Source: Candidatus Hadarchaeota archaeon (GTDB lineage Archaea > Hadarchaeota > Hadarchaeia > Hadarchaeales > Hadarchaeaceae). From it: a stretch of 32,000 nt of DNA. Location of the stretch: positions 90,001 through 122,000 of the forward strand of contig CAZETV010000001.1 of the NCBI GenBank assembly GCA_964514965.1, read 5' to 3'. Positions within the stretch are counted from its first letter, which is position 1, and each line of letters begins with the position of its first letter. Below are positions 9,297 to 18,938 of the stretch, one piece after another. Made by a program: the position numbers and the translations under genes. Under the pieces are notes generated by a model, which was given only the letters and a program-made list of their open reading frames with translations, had not been told where the DNA came from and did no database searches.

Positions 9297-10427
9297 TTAA
9301 GCAATTTCCTTCACTTTGGCGGCAACGGCGTCCCCGACCTCGGAGGTGCTGGATTTGCCGCCCAAGTCATAGGTTCGAGCTTCGCCTGTTTTCAGTGTAC
9401 CAATAACCGCTTGCTCGATATTATCAGCTACCTTTTCTTCTCCCAAGTGTTCAAGCATCATCTGCCCGGCCAAAATTGTGGCAAACGGGTTAGCGACGTT
9501 TTTCCCAGCGTGCTTGGGAGCGGAGCCGTGGATGGGCTCGAACATACTTACTCCTTCAGGGTTGATGTTGCCGCCTGGAGCAAGCCCCAAGCCACCTTGG
9601 ATCATGGCCCCCAAGTCTGTGATTATGTCGCCGAACATATTTGGCGTGACAACAACTTGGTACCATTCTGGATTTTTGATGAACCACATTGTGACCGCAT
9701 CAACAAATGCAAACTCGGTTTCAATTTCAGAATATTCCTTTGCCACCTGCTCGAACACCTCACGCCAGAGGCTGTAGACGTGTGTTAAAACGTTGGCCTT
9801 GTCAACCGAAGTTACACGTTTTTTGTCCTTCTTGCGGGCAAGCTCGAATGCATAGCGAATGGCTCGCTCTGTCCCTTTGTGGCTTACCACACCTATCTGA
9901 TATGCTAGCTCATCTCTGTCAACATCGATATCTAGGCTAAATTTCACCTGATAGATTGAGCGAAGCACCTCAAGCTTATCTTTCGATTTGCCTTTCACGT
10001 GTCCACCTATCCCAACGTAAAAATCCTCAGTGTTCTCGCGCACCACATAAAAATTGACATGTTCCGGTCCTTTGTTCTTGAGTGGACATGGCACACCGGG
10101 ATAAAGTTTGATGGGGCGGAGGTTGATGTACTGTTCGAAGTAAAAGCGAAGCTTCAGCAAAATACCCTGCTCAAGCACACCTGTTTGCACGCGGGGGTCA
10201 CCTAGAGCGCCGAGATATATGGCGTCCATTTTTGAAAGTTTTTTTAGTTCGTCCTCCGACACGAGTTCTCCAGTCTTAAGGTAGTGCTCGGCACCGTAGG
10301 GGAACTCGACGAACTCAAGCTTTAGGCCAGATTTCGCCTCGGCTGCCGCGTTTAGTACTTTTACTCCTTCACGAATTACCTCGGGGCCTATGCCGTCACC
10401 AGGAATTAACGCAATTTTGTAATTCAT
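9297..10427 (-). CDS. leuB: 3-isopropylmalate dehydrogenase-type beta-decarboxylating dehydrogenase
   Basis: [73 protein letters not shown]; located in a leu/ilv cluster. Start taken at MNYK (10427) rather than the longer track ORF. Confidence 0.82.
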   Translation of the reverse strand: MNYKIALIPGDGIGPEVIREGVKVLNAAAEAKSGLKLEFVEFPYGAEHYLKTGELVSEDELKKLSKMDAIYLGALGDPRVQTGVLEQGILLKLRFYFEQYINLRPIKLYPGVPCPLKNKGPEHVNFYVVRENTEDFYVGIGGHVKGKSKDKLEVLRSIYQVKFSLDIDVDRDELAYQIGVVSHKGTERAIRYAFELARKKDKKRVTSVDKANVLTHVYSLWREVFEQVAKEYSEIETEFAFVDAVTMWFIKNPEWYQVVVTPNMFGDIITDLGAMIQGGLGLAPGGNINPEGVSMFEPIHGSAPKHAGKNVANPFATILAGQMMLEHLGEEKVADNIEQAVIGTLKTGEARTYDLGGKSSTSEVGDAVAAKVKEIA

Positions 10428-10496
10428 ACAACCACTTGCCGAAGCAATTATTTTTATTCGCCTGCCCACTTAAACTTAGACGTTTGAGGCGATGTG

Positions 10497-11066
10497 ATGG
10501 ATTCGACGCAACAATTCAAGTTAAATAATACATTCGCGTATATCGCGGCCATCGTGCTTATCACCTGTTTCATCTTGGTCTTCGCGTTCAGCATTTTACC
10601 AAATCTTCCAAACTATCCAAACCAGCCAGATGAGTGGCGTTGGTACGCTGTATCATGGAACCTAGGGGGCCCGCTGATGTTCATCATCATCTTTCGCATC
10701 CACATGCTACGTGTGCTTAGAGATGTTATTCGAAAAGGGCGGGTGGTACTGGGCGTAACGCTATGGGTAAAATTTTGGTTTGGAGCAGCCTTGTTTTTCG
10801 GTTTGGTGACTTTCCCATTCGTGTTTCAAAATTATGTTGTTTACGGCGTGATGTCATTTTATTTGAATGCTGGGGCGGTGCTCGCGATTGTCGCATGGCT
10901 TTTATTGATAGCGTCTTCCATCGCTCTACTGCGGACTAGGTGCTCGAAAGCTATGTTACCCTCAATCGAGAATGCGCGGGAAGTGCATCGAGCTTTACTT
11001 GTACCCGCCTCCATAATTTTCTTCATTTTTACTGGGCTCTCGTCCATTACAATTTTGTTTCCGTAA
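10497..11066 (+). CDS. Uncharacterised multi-pass membrane protein
   Basis: About 189 aa with at least five hydrophobic segments; opposite strand to the surrounding leu genes; no family recognised. Confidence 0.6.
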   Translation: MDSTQQFKLNNTFAYIAAIVLITCFILVFAFSILPNLPNYPNQPDEWRWYAVSWNLGGPLMFIIIFRIHMLRVLRDVIRKGRVVLGVTLWVKFWFGAALFFGLVTFPFVFQNYVVYGVMSFYLNAGAVLAIVAWLLLIASSIALLRTRCSKAMLPSIENAREVHRALLVPASIIFFIFTGLSSITILFP

Positions 11067-11096
11067 CTGCAGGTCTGGCATCTTAAAGCTAGTTGG

Positions 11097-11597
11097 TCAA
11101 CGTTTAAGAGTCCGCTTCAGATGAGGAAGCAGACCTCCAGCTTGGATTATTTTAAGAACGAAACTAGGCAGTGGTTCTGCTTTAAATATCTCGCCAGTCC
11201 TTAGATTACGCACCACGCCCTCTTGAAAGTCGACTTTTGCCGTGTCGCCCGACTTGAAACCATTGTGCACGCCAGGGCATGTCAACACATTCAAGCCTTG
11301 ATTGATAGAATTACGGTAAAAAATTCTGGCAAACGACTCGGCCACCACTGCTGAAATACCCGCAGCCTTTAACGTGATTGGTGCTTCTTCCCTACTGGAA
11401 CCACACCCGAAGTTCCGTCCAGCAATGATAACATCGCCATTGGCCACTTTAGATGAGAAACTTGGATCGATATTTTCCATCACATGCGAAGCCAGCCAAT
11501 TTGGATCATGGGTTGCCTCAAACTTGGGCAGGTAGCGACCAGCGATTATATCGTCTGTACTTATGTTATTGTTAAACACCCAAACGCGCGTCATCAT
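11097..11597 (-). CDS. leuD: 3-isopropylmalate dehydratase small subunit
   Basis: NNISTDDIIAGRYLP, GDVIIAGRNFGCGSSREEAP, ARIFYRNSINQGLNVL; overlaps the leuC stop (ATGA). Confidence 0.88.
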   Translation of the reverse strand: MMTRVWVFNNNISTDDIIAGRYLPKFEATHDPNWLASHVMENIDPSFSSKVANGDVIIAGRNFGCGSSREEAPITLKAAGISAVVAESFARIFYRNSINQGLNVLTCPGVHNGFKSGDTAKVDFQEGVVRNLRTGEIFKAEPLPSFVLKIIQAGGLLPHLKRTLKR

Positions 11598-12850
11598 ACA
11601 TTCCTCGGGTCAGTTATTATCCCTTTTATCGCAGAAGCGGCAACTGTCGCTGGTGAAGCTAAGTAAACTTTCGACTCTGGACTGCCCTGCCTTCCACGGA
11701 AATTTCTATTTGATGTAGATATACAAACTTCGCCAGGGGCCAGAATTCCGACATGGCAGCCCATGCAAGCTGCACAACAGGGCGCCTCAACCAACGCGCC
11801 TGCTTCTACAAATATCTTGATAAGCCCGTCATCAAGCGCTTTTCGATAGATATCTCTAGAAGCTGGAGACACTATTAACCTCACGCGCCTGCTTACTTTC
11901 TTGCCTCTGAGAACCGCAGCCGCAGCCTCTAAATCTTCAATCCTCCCGTTCGTGCAACTGCCTAAAAATGCCTGGTCGATCTCAATTTTCTCTACCTCGG
12001 CAACCGGCTTTATATTATTCACGTTGTGGGGACATGCAACTTGTGGTTCAAGCTCAGACAAATCGTATGTATGTGTTTCTGCGTATTGAGCATCAGTATC
12101 ACTATGCACTGCGCTATAGCTTCGCTTGGCCCGACCTGTAAGATACTGTTCTGTTACATCGTCCGGTGGCACGATTGCATTCTTTGTCCCCATTTCCACA
12201 CCCATGTTGCACATCGTCATGCGGCCGTCCATCGTGATATTGCGTATACCTGGACCCGTGAACTCCGCAGAACGGTAATTTACTCCTTCCGCGCTCAAAT
12301 CTCCAATTATTTTTAAAATAACGTCCTTTGCCATCACTCGTCTAGACAATTTTTTTTCCAGCACAATTTTGATACTATCTGGGACACGGAACCACAATTT
12401 CCCAGTCGCGAAAACAGCAGCCATGTCAGTCGCGCCTACGCCTGCCGAAACACACCCAAGCGCGCCGTATGTTGTCGTGTGTGAATCGGCGCCCACAATC
12501 AAAGACCCGGGCAGTGCAAACCCTTTTTCAGGAACAACTTGATGGCAAATACCTTCAAATATATCGTAAAAGTTTTGAATCTTTTGCTCAGAAGCGAATT
12601 TCCTTAACACGATATGATTTTGCGCCGCATCTATAGAATTCGCTGGAACTTGATGGTCACATACTATAACAATTTTTTTAGGGTCCCAAACTTTAGCCAC
12701 GCCTATCTCGCGAAATATGTGGATAGCTAGGGGTCCGGTGAGGTCGTGTATCATCGCCGCGTCGATTTTTGCCTCAACTATTTCACTTGGACTAACGCTT
12801 TTTTTGCCCGAAGCTCGAGCCAAAATTTTCTCGGTTATGGTCATGCCCAT
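11594..12850 (-). CDS. leuC: 3-isopropylmalate dehydratase large subunit
   Basis: MTITEKILARASGKKSVSPSEIVEAKIDAAMIHD, GADSHTTTYGALG, FLGSCTNGRIEDLEAAA, CCAACMGCHVGIL (4Fe-4S cysteines). Confidence 0.9.
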   Translation of the reverse strand: MGMTITEKILARASGKKSVSPSEIVEAKIDAAMIHDLTGPLAIHIFREIGVAKVWDPKKIVIVCDHQVPANSIDAAQNHIVLRKFASEQKIQNFYDIFEGICHQVVPEKGFALPGSLIVGADSHTTTYGALGCVSAGVGATDMAAVFATGKLWFRVPDSIKIVLEKKLSRRVMAKDVILKIIGDLSAEGVNYRSAEFTGPGIRNITMDGRMTMCNMGVEMGTKNAIVPPDDVTEQYLTGRAKRSYSAVHSDTDAQYAETHTYDLSELEPQVACPHNVNNIKPVAEVEKIEIDQAFLGSCTNGRIEDLEAAAAVLRGKKVSRRVRLIVSPASRDIYRKALDDGLIKIFVEAGALVEAPCCAACMGCHVGILAPGEVCISTSNRNFRGRQGSPESKVYLASPATVAASAIKGIITDPRNV

Positions 12851-12907
12851 TTAATCACTTTTCACCAAATATTTTTTTTCGGTTGTTAAGATATCTGGAT
12901 TGCCATG

Positions 12908-14566
12908 CTATTTTAAAATTGCTCCCTCTGCTGCTGAGCTAACGATGCGCGAATAAAGCGCGAGGTAACCCTTTCTAACCCGCGGTTTCGGAGGTTTAAA
13001 CCGTTCAAGTCTAGCCGTAATTTCAGCTTCGGGCAAAAGTAATTCCAACTTGCGCCGTTTAATATCAATCAATATTTTGTCACCATCTTGCACGATGGCT
13101 ATTGGACCACCTTCTGCGGCCTCGGGCGATACATGGCCGAAGCAGGCACCGTGTGTACCACCCGAGAACCTGCCGTCCGTGATAATCGCGACCGAATCAC
13201 CCAGCCCCATACCAATGACCGAAGCTGTTGGGGTGAGCATCTCCCGCATCCCCGGACCACCCTTTGGCCCCTCGTAGCGGATGATAATAATATCACCTTG
13301 TTTGATTCGCTTGTTCAAGATGGCTCTGGTCGCATCCTCTTCGCGATCAAAAATACGCGCAGCCCCCTGATGGCGTAACATGCGCAAGCTTACTCCAGCG
13401 TACTTTACAACTGCACCTTTGGGAGCAAGATTACCATAAAGAATTGCTATGCCACCCTCGGAGTGATACGGCTTTGTCAACGGCTTGATAACTTTAGACT
13501 CGTGAAATTTTATAAACTTCAAATTATCTCGAACTCGGCGTCCCGTGACCGTGAGCGGGCTTCCTCGAACTAATTTGCATAATCTTTTCATGAGTGCTGG
13601 CACCCCACCCGCCCGTTCTAGGTCAATCATATAATGCTCGCCGCTTGGTCGCAGATTGCATATTTGCGGTGTGCGACGGCTGAGTCTATCGAAAACGTCC
13701 AAACAAAGTTTGATGTCGGCCTCATGAGCGATCGCGGGTAAATGGAGCACAGTGTTAGTTGAGCCCCCCAACGCCAGGTCAACAATGACCGCATTTTCAA
13801 AAGCTGAGCGAGTCATAATCCTGCTAGGCGTTATCCCGCGTTTTAACAATTCTACGACTTGCTTACCACTCTGTTTCGCGAGGCGCCTCTTTTTTGCGTC
13901 TATAGCGTGTGAGGTACCAACCCCTGGCAGCGACATCCCAAGCGCTTCAGTCAGACAGGCCATAGTATTTGCAGTGAATAGACCAGCACAGGAGCCACAG
14001 CTAGGACAGCATCGATCCTCTATCTCCCTCGCTTCGTGCCAGCTAAGCGTTCCAGCTTTAACCGCTCCGACTGCTTCGGATGCACTTATGAAATCCAAAC
14101 GTTTCCCTCGCCACTCCCCAGGTATCATCGGACCTCCCGTACACATAATCGCAGGAATGTTAACTCGCGCGAGAGCCATGAGCATGCCGGGCACTATTTT
14201 ATCGCAGCTTGCAATGGCGACTACAGCATCAAAACGATGAGCTTCCAACATGAGCTCTAGGCTGTTAGATATTACCTCTCGTGAAGGGAGAGAAAAGCAC
14301 ATACCTTGTGTACCCATCGCTATACCATCACATATGCCGATAGTATTGAACTCGAAAGGTGTCCCCCCAGCTGCACGAATTCCAGCTGCAGCTGCTTCGC
14401 TCAGTTCTCGGAGGTGCAGGTGCCCAGGGACAATATTGTTGTAAGAGTTTGCTATCGCTACAAAAGGGCGTTCTATGTCGGCATCTGTTAATCCATCGGC
14501 TTTCAGAAGTGCACGTCGGGGTAAACCTTCAAGACCCGAGACAATCTCTCGGCTGCGAAGTTTCAT
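12908..14566 (-). CDS. ilvD: Dihydroxy-acid dehydratase
   Basis: [89 protein letters not shown]. Confidence 0.93.
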   Translation of the reverse strand: MKLRSREIVSGLEGLPRRALLKADGLTDADIERPFVAIANSYNNIVPGHLHLRELSEAAAAGIRAAGGTPFEFNTIGICDGIAMGTQGMCFSLPSREVISNSLELMLEAHRFDAVVAIASCDKIVPGMLMALARVNIPAIMCTGGPMIPGEWRGKRLDFISASEAVGAVKAGTLSWHEAREIEDRCCPSCGSCAGLFTANTMACLTEALGMSLPGVGTSHAIDAKKRRLAKQSGKQVVELLKRGITPSRIMTRSAFENAVIVDLALGGSTNTVLHLPAIAHEADIKLCLDVFDRLSRRTPQICNLRPSGEHYMIDLERAGGVPALMKRLCKLVRGSPLTVTGRRVRDNLKFIKFHESKVIKPLTKPYHSEGGIAILYGNLAPKGAVVKYAGVSLRMLRHQGAARIFDREEDATRAILNKRIKQGDIIIIRYEGPKGGPGMREMLTPTASVIGMGLGDSVAIITDGRFSGGTHGACFGHVSPEAAEGGPIAIVQDGDKILIDIKRRKLELLLPEAEITARLERFKPPKPRVRKGYLALYSRIVSSAAEGAILK

Positions 14567-14633
14567 CAACCTAGCCTCCTAGAAGGCTTCATCGTTAAGC
14601 TTTATTTAATTTCCTAATACAAGAATACGTTCA

Positions 14634-15620
14634 TCATTTTTCGATGCCAGCCCACTTTCGAAGCTCCTTGCCAATTTTTTCTATTAAGTGGGCCTTGCCT
14701 TCCTCACGCATCTGTTTTAAGTTGGTGATTCCCTTCTGGTTTTCAGCGACCCATTCCTTCGCGAAATCACCGCTCTGCACATCCTTTAATATCTTATTTA
14801 TTGTCTCCCTCACCTTTCCATCTATGATTATCGGGCCTCGCGTCCGTCCGCCATACTCGGCCGTGTTGCTAACTGCAGTCCACATGCCCTCTAACCCATG
14901 TTCGTAAATCAGGTCCACAATGAGCTTTAGTTCGTTCAAACACTCGAAGTACGCGATTTCAGGCTGATATCCCGCTTCGGTAAGGGTTTCGAATCCCGCT
15001 TTTATCAATTCTGAAACCCCTCCGCACAACACGACTTGTTCCCCAAAGAGGTCGGTCTCAACTTCCTCTTTGAAAGTTGTCTCCACCACTCCGATTCGAG
15101 TCAGTCCAACTCCTTTTGCGAGCGCTAGAGCGACTTGCTTTGCTTGGCCGCTGGGATCTTGGGCGACCGCGAGCAACCCTGGTGTCCCAGAACCTTGTTG
15201 ATACATGCGCCGCAAGAGCGCCCCCGGTGCCTTCGGGGCAATCATGATAACATCAACATCATTGGGTGGGGTGATTTGTTTGAAGTGGATGTTAAATCCG
15301 TGACTGAAGCAAAGCATTTTGCCTTTTTTCATGTGTTGAGATATCTGCTCACGATAGGTCGACGCTTGATACTCATCGGGGATAAGCATGTGGACGATGT
15401 CTCCCCGCCGTGCAGCTTCGGCAATATCGTAGACCTCAAACCCATCGGCCACTGCTTTATCATAACTTGGGTCCTTTATGCTTCCAATAATCACTTTGCA
15501 ACCGGAATCACGGAGGTTGTTGGATTGCGCCTGCCCTTGGTTGCCGTATCCTATGATCGTTATGGTTTTGTCTTTGAGCACACTCAGGTCGGCGTCTTGG
15601 TCGTAATAAATCTTCGTCAT
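14634..15620 (-). CDS. ilvC: Ketol-acid reductoisomerase
   Basis: ITIIGYGNQGQAQSNNLRDSG, VHMLIPDEYQ, MIAPKAPG, FKEEVETDLFGEQVVLCGG, CLNELKLIVDLIYEHGLEGM. Confidence 0.93.
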   Translation of the reverse strand: MTKIYYDQDADLSVLKDKTITIIGYGNQGQAQSNNLRDSGCKVIIGSIKDPSYDKAVADGFEVYDIAEAARRGDIVHMLIPDEYQASTYREQISQHMKKGKMLCFSHGFNIHFKQITPPNDVDVIMIAPKAPGALLRRMYQQGSGTPGLLAVAQDPSGQAKQVALALAKGVGLTRIGVVETTFKEEVETDLFGEQVVLCGGVSELIKAGFETLTEAGYQPEIAYFECLNELKLIVDLIYEHGLEGMWTAVSNTAEYGGRTRGPIIIDGKVRETINKILKDVQSGDFAKEWVAENQKGITNLKQMREEGKAHLIEKIGKELRKWAGIEK

Positions 15621-15635
15621 ATTATCATCCCATAA

Positions 15636-16115
15636 CTATTTTACACGTGATATAAGAACTTGTCCCGAGCGGGCTACCTCTTTCAGTATTTTTGGCCCCA
15701 ATGATTTGATAACACGTTCGATTTCGTCATGCTCTCCGCTGAGTTCAGCGATCACCATACTGTTTTTGGATTCAAGCACCCGACCACCAGCTCGCTCGAT
15801 TTGCTGCATCATCTGCAATAGTTGCTTCTTGTTTAATTTTCGTGTCTTTAACAGCGTCACCTCTCGAACGATGCTTTGCTCAGTCTCGATTACTTCGACA
15901 TCCACGATGGGCTCTAAGCGGACTAGCACTCTACGCATGAACTCGGCCATGCGGTCGTCTTCCTTGAACATCAGGATAATCCGTGCCAATCCGGTAGGTT
16001 CGATTCCTACTGTGATCGAATCTAGATTAATCTGGCGCCGAGTGAAAGTGCGTGATATCCGCATCATTACGCCAGGGACGTTTTCGCAGAGTACAGAAAA
16101 AATTCGAGTTTTCAT
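15636..16115 (-). CDS. ilvN: Acetolactate synthase small (regulatory) subunit
   Basis: MKTRIFSVLCENVPGVMMRISRTFTRRQINLDSITVG (ACT domain), positioned directly after ilvB. Confidence 0.88.
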   Translation of the reverse strand: MKTRIFSVLCENVPGVMMRISRTFTRRQINLDSITVGIEPTGLARIILMFKEDDRMAEFMRRVLVRLEPIVDVEVIETEQSIVREVTLLKTRKLNKKQLLQMMQQIERAGGRVLESKNSMVIAELSGEHDEIERVIKSLGPKILKEVARSGQVLISRVK

Positions 16116-16124
16116 CTTGAACAC

Positions 16125-17804
16125 CTACGTTAACATCTGGTCGATTCTCCCCCCCGCTGGAACCATCGGCAATACATGCTCGTCGGAGTCAATCGGGATG
16201 TCGAGCACCGCTGGCTTTCCACAACGCAGAGCCTCGCGCAGCTTTGGTGCCACCTCGCTCGGTCTTGTCGCACGATCGCCCCAAGCGTCGTATGCTTCGG
16301 CGAGTTTCACGAAGTTAGGTACCTTACCGAGGGATGTAGCGGAACGGCGCTTTTGGAAAAACAGGTCTTGCCACTGTTTAACCATTCCCAAGTAGTGGTT
16401 GTTGAAGATGCACGAAACAACGTTTATATTGTTCTCCACAACCGTTGCTAACTCTTGGGAATTCATCAGGAAGCTTCCGTCCCCCGCGATGTTTACAACA
16501 TCACACTTAGGACGCGCAACCTTTACGCCCATTGCGGCTGGAAATCCGAAACCCATCGTGCCTAGACCACCCGAGGAGATGAAATGTCGGGGCTTCCGCG
16601 TCATATAGAAGTGTGCGCTCCACATTTGGCATTGTCCTACCTCAGTCACTACGATGGCATTCTCATCGAGCACGTTCATTATTTCCTTGATGACGCGCTG
16701 TGGTTTGATGGGAACCTCATCGTAGTCCGTTCGGGGAGCAAGGTCCCTGCGCAGCTTTTTTACTCGCTCGATCCATCTGCTTGTCCGTCCTCGTTTTGCG
16801 TGGGAGCGGAGCCCTTTGATTATCGCAGTTAATGCCAGCTTTGCATCGCTGACTATCGGCAGATCAACGCGAATGTTCTTGCCGATTTCAACTGGGTCGA
16901 TGTCGATGTGGATAATTTTAGCCTTTGGGGCAAAGCAGCTAACATCTCCAGTAGAGCGGTCGCTGAAGCGTGTCCCGACAGCAAATAGCACATCTGACTC
17001 GGTCACCGCGAGGTTTGCAGCCATCCGCCCGTGCATCCCCAACATCCCTAACGCGAGCGGGTGGTCTTCAGGTATCAACCCTTTGCCCAGCAGCGAAGTC
17101 GTCACTGGAGCACCGAGTAACTCTGCAAGCTTAACCAGCTCGGCCGAGGCATTCGACCATGTCACGCCGCCGCCCGCGTAAATCACTGGTTGCTCGGCCT
17201 TGGTGAGCATGTCAACAGCCTTTTTTATTTGTCCAGTCTCAGGCTCCGGTTTTGAGGGTCTTAAGTACTTGACCTTGGCGGGGATTTTAAAGTCGGTCTT
17301 GGTCATCTGCACGCTTTTTGGTATGTCGATGTGCACGGGGCCAGGTCTACCCGTAATTGCGATTTTGAAAGCAAGCTTGACAACGCTTGGTAACTCTTCG
17401 GCGCGGTGGACGATGAAGTTGTGCTTGGTTATGGGCAACATTATGCTGAGCATATCTGCCTCTTGAAAAGCGTCAGTACCTAAAGCTTGAGTTGAAACTT
17501 GCCCACTTATCGCGATCACGGGCGAGCTGTCCATGTAAGCATTCAGTATGCCAGTTGTGAGATTAGTCGCCCCGGGCCCAGAGGTCGTCATGCAAACTCC
17601 TGGCTTCCCAAGCACTCGGGCGTATCCGTCGGCCGCGTGCGCCGCGCCCTGCTCGTGCCGCGTTAGAATGTGTTGGATTTCGTGGAAATCGTAAAGGGCA
17701 TCGTAAATCGGGATTATCGCCCCGCCCGGAATGCCGAAGATGTGCTTCACACCCTCTGCCTTCAGCGCCTCGAACAGCGCTTTCGAACCTGTTAACTTGA
17801 CCAT
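16125..17804 (-). CDS. ilvB: Acetolactate synthase large subunit
   Basis: GVKHIFGIPGGAIIPIYDAL, LTRHEQGAAHAADGYARV, TSGPGATNLTTG, GDGSFLMNSQELATVVENNINVVSCIFNNHYLGMVKQW. Confidence 0.93.
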   Translation of the reverse strand: MVKLTGSKALFEALKAEGVKHIFGIPGGAIIPIYDALYDFHEIQHILTRHEQGAAHAADGYARVLGKPGVCMTTSGPGATNLTTGILNAYMDSSPVIAISGQVSTQALGTDAFQEADMLSIMLPITKHNFIVHRAEELPSVVKLAFKIAITGRPGPVHIDIPKSVQMTKTDFKIPAKVKYLRPSKPEPETGQIKKAVDMLTKAEQPVIYAGGGVTWSNASAELVKLAELLGAPVTTSLLGKGLIPEDHPLALGMLGMHGRMAANLAVTESDVLFAVGTRFSDRSTGDVSCFAPKAKIIHIDIDPVEIGKNIRVDLPIVSDAKLALTAIIKGLRSHAKRGRTSRWIERVKKLRRDLAPRTDYDEVPIKPQRVIKEIMNVLDENAIVVTEVGQCQMWSAHFYMTRKPRHFISSGGLGTMGFGFPAAMGVKVARPKCDVVNIAGDGSFLMNSQELATVVENNINVVSCIFNNHYLGMVKQWQDLFFQKRRSATSLGKVPNFVKLAEAYDAWGDRATRPSEVAPKLREALRCGKPAVLDIPIDSDEHVLPMVPAGGRIDQMLT

Positions 17805-17844
17805 CTAATCACTCCTTAAAAGCTATGAATTTCTCCGCTTAAAA

Positions 17845-18618
17845 CTAATTCTTTTCACTCGGAAGTTTGACTAGAATCGAGAACCTAAACTTTCGGCGTC
17901 CATCTCGAGTTTGACCTATGAGCTTTGTACTCTCTTTAATCTCAGCTCCAAAGTCTGATTTAAGCATCGACGCCATTTGCCTCGCCAAGTTCACCGGATT
18001 CACATAGAGATCGAAACCCTCTTGCCTCTCCTCGACATCGGCGATGAATGCATCTCGTTCTCGCTTGCTTGCGTTCATGGCAAGTCGCTGAAGTATTTTT
18101 TTGATTTTAAAGCTCTTTTCCTCCGTGAGCTTTCCTCGCACTTGCAGAATTGCCTCGTAGTGGCGGGCACTCTTGAGTCTGCACACATCACAAGTACTCC
18201 GCTTGAGCATGAACGCTATGCGTGCTTCGTCGAACTGGGGCTCAACCTGTAGCTCGTGAACTTTTCCTTTTGCTCTAACTTTGATTACTTTTTCGGCTAA
18301 TTTTGGATCAATCCAGAACTCGGTTTCAGGCACCTCTCGTGGATAAAAGAATTTTATCCCCGCGTCGCTCAGGCGTACAACTTTTAGATTCGAGAGAACG
18401 GTGGCTCTAATTGCGTTAATGATGATGTCACCTTCCTCCGCCTCATGCCATCTCTTTTCGAGCAAGTAGGTCCCACATCTTCCGCAGATCGTGACCTCAA
18501 TCTCTGCCGGTGCTCGAAGGAGACGGTTCTCCTCGGCGAAGCAGCGTTGACACAGGCCTTTGATTAATGGGCCTCGTTTTGTCTCGAGTGCGCCGCATCG
18601 GTAGCAAAAACGTTTCAT
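17845..18618 (-). CDS. Archaeal NMD3-family protein
   Basis: MKRFCYRCGALETKRGPLIKGLCQRCFAEE...TICGRCGTYL zinc-binding Cys pairs, ICDVCRLK-type CDVCRLKSARHYEAILQVR segment. Confidence 0.75.
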   Translation of the reverse strand: MKRFCYRCGALETKRGPLIKGLCQRCFAEENRLLRAPAEIEVTICGRCGTYLLEKRWHEAEEGDIIINAIRATVLSNLKVVRLSDAGIKFFYPREVPETEFWIDPKLAEKVIKVRAKGKVHELQVEPQFDEARIAFMLKRSTCDVCRLKSARHYEAILQVRGKLTEEKSFKIKKILQRLAMNASKRERDAFIADVEERQEGFDLYVNPVNLARQMASMLKSDFGAEIKESTKLIGQTRDGRRKFRFSILVKLPSEKN

Positions 18619-18893
18619 AATACCACTTGTTTTTGATTGATTGCTTAAACTTACTACCCCAAAGCGATATACCTGTGTTGGCTAGCCAGTGTGGTACCGA
18701 TTATTAGTTATCTTTTCCATTTTTGTCGGTTGCCTATTCGAGAAGCTATGAGAGCCTATCGTGGCCAGCAAATTGGGTTTGCTTTCGGCCATTATCTTCT
18801 TTTCTCTTTCAACAAATCTATGACCTGCTTGAAACCGTTCGCCATCAACATAAGTCTAAAATTATTTTTCATGAATTAAAAAAAGAAAAGATG

Positions 18894-18920
18894 ATGGGGG
18901 CGGTTGCGTTTTGCCCCCAT
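18894..18920 (-). terminator. GC-rich hairpin terminator for the secreted protein gene at 18939
   Basis: Perfect 8-bp stem ATGGGGGC/GCCCCCAT (18894-18901 and 18913-18920), 11-nt loop, followed on the minus strand by ATCATCTTTTCTTTTTTT. Confidence 0.65.
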
Positions 18921-18938
18921 TACCGTGTTGTTATGCCG

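Noticed and set aside
15135-15635. 166-aa plus-strand ORF opposite ilvC
   Set aside because: Fully antisense to ilvC, whose motifs are unambiguous; typical shadow ORF.
15706-16395. 229-aa plus-strand ORF opposite ilvN/ilvB
   Set aside because: Antisense shadow of two conserved genes; no recognisable domains.
18679-18688. Perfect palindrome TGGCTAGCCA upstream of nmd3
   Set aside because: A 10-bp palindrome alone is expected by chance in 32 kb; no second copy or clear promoter relation was seen.
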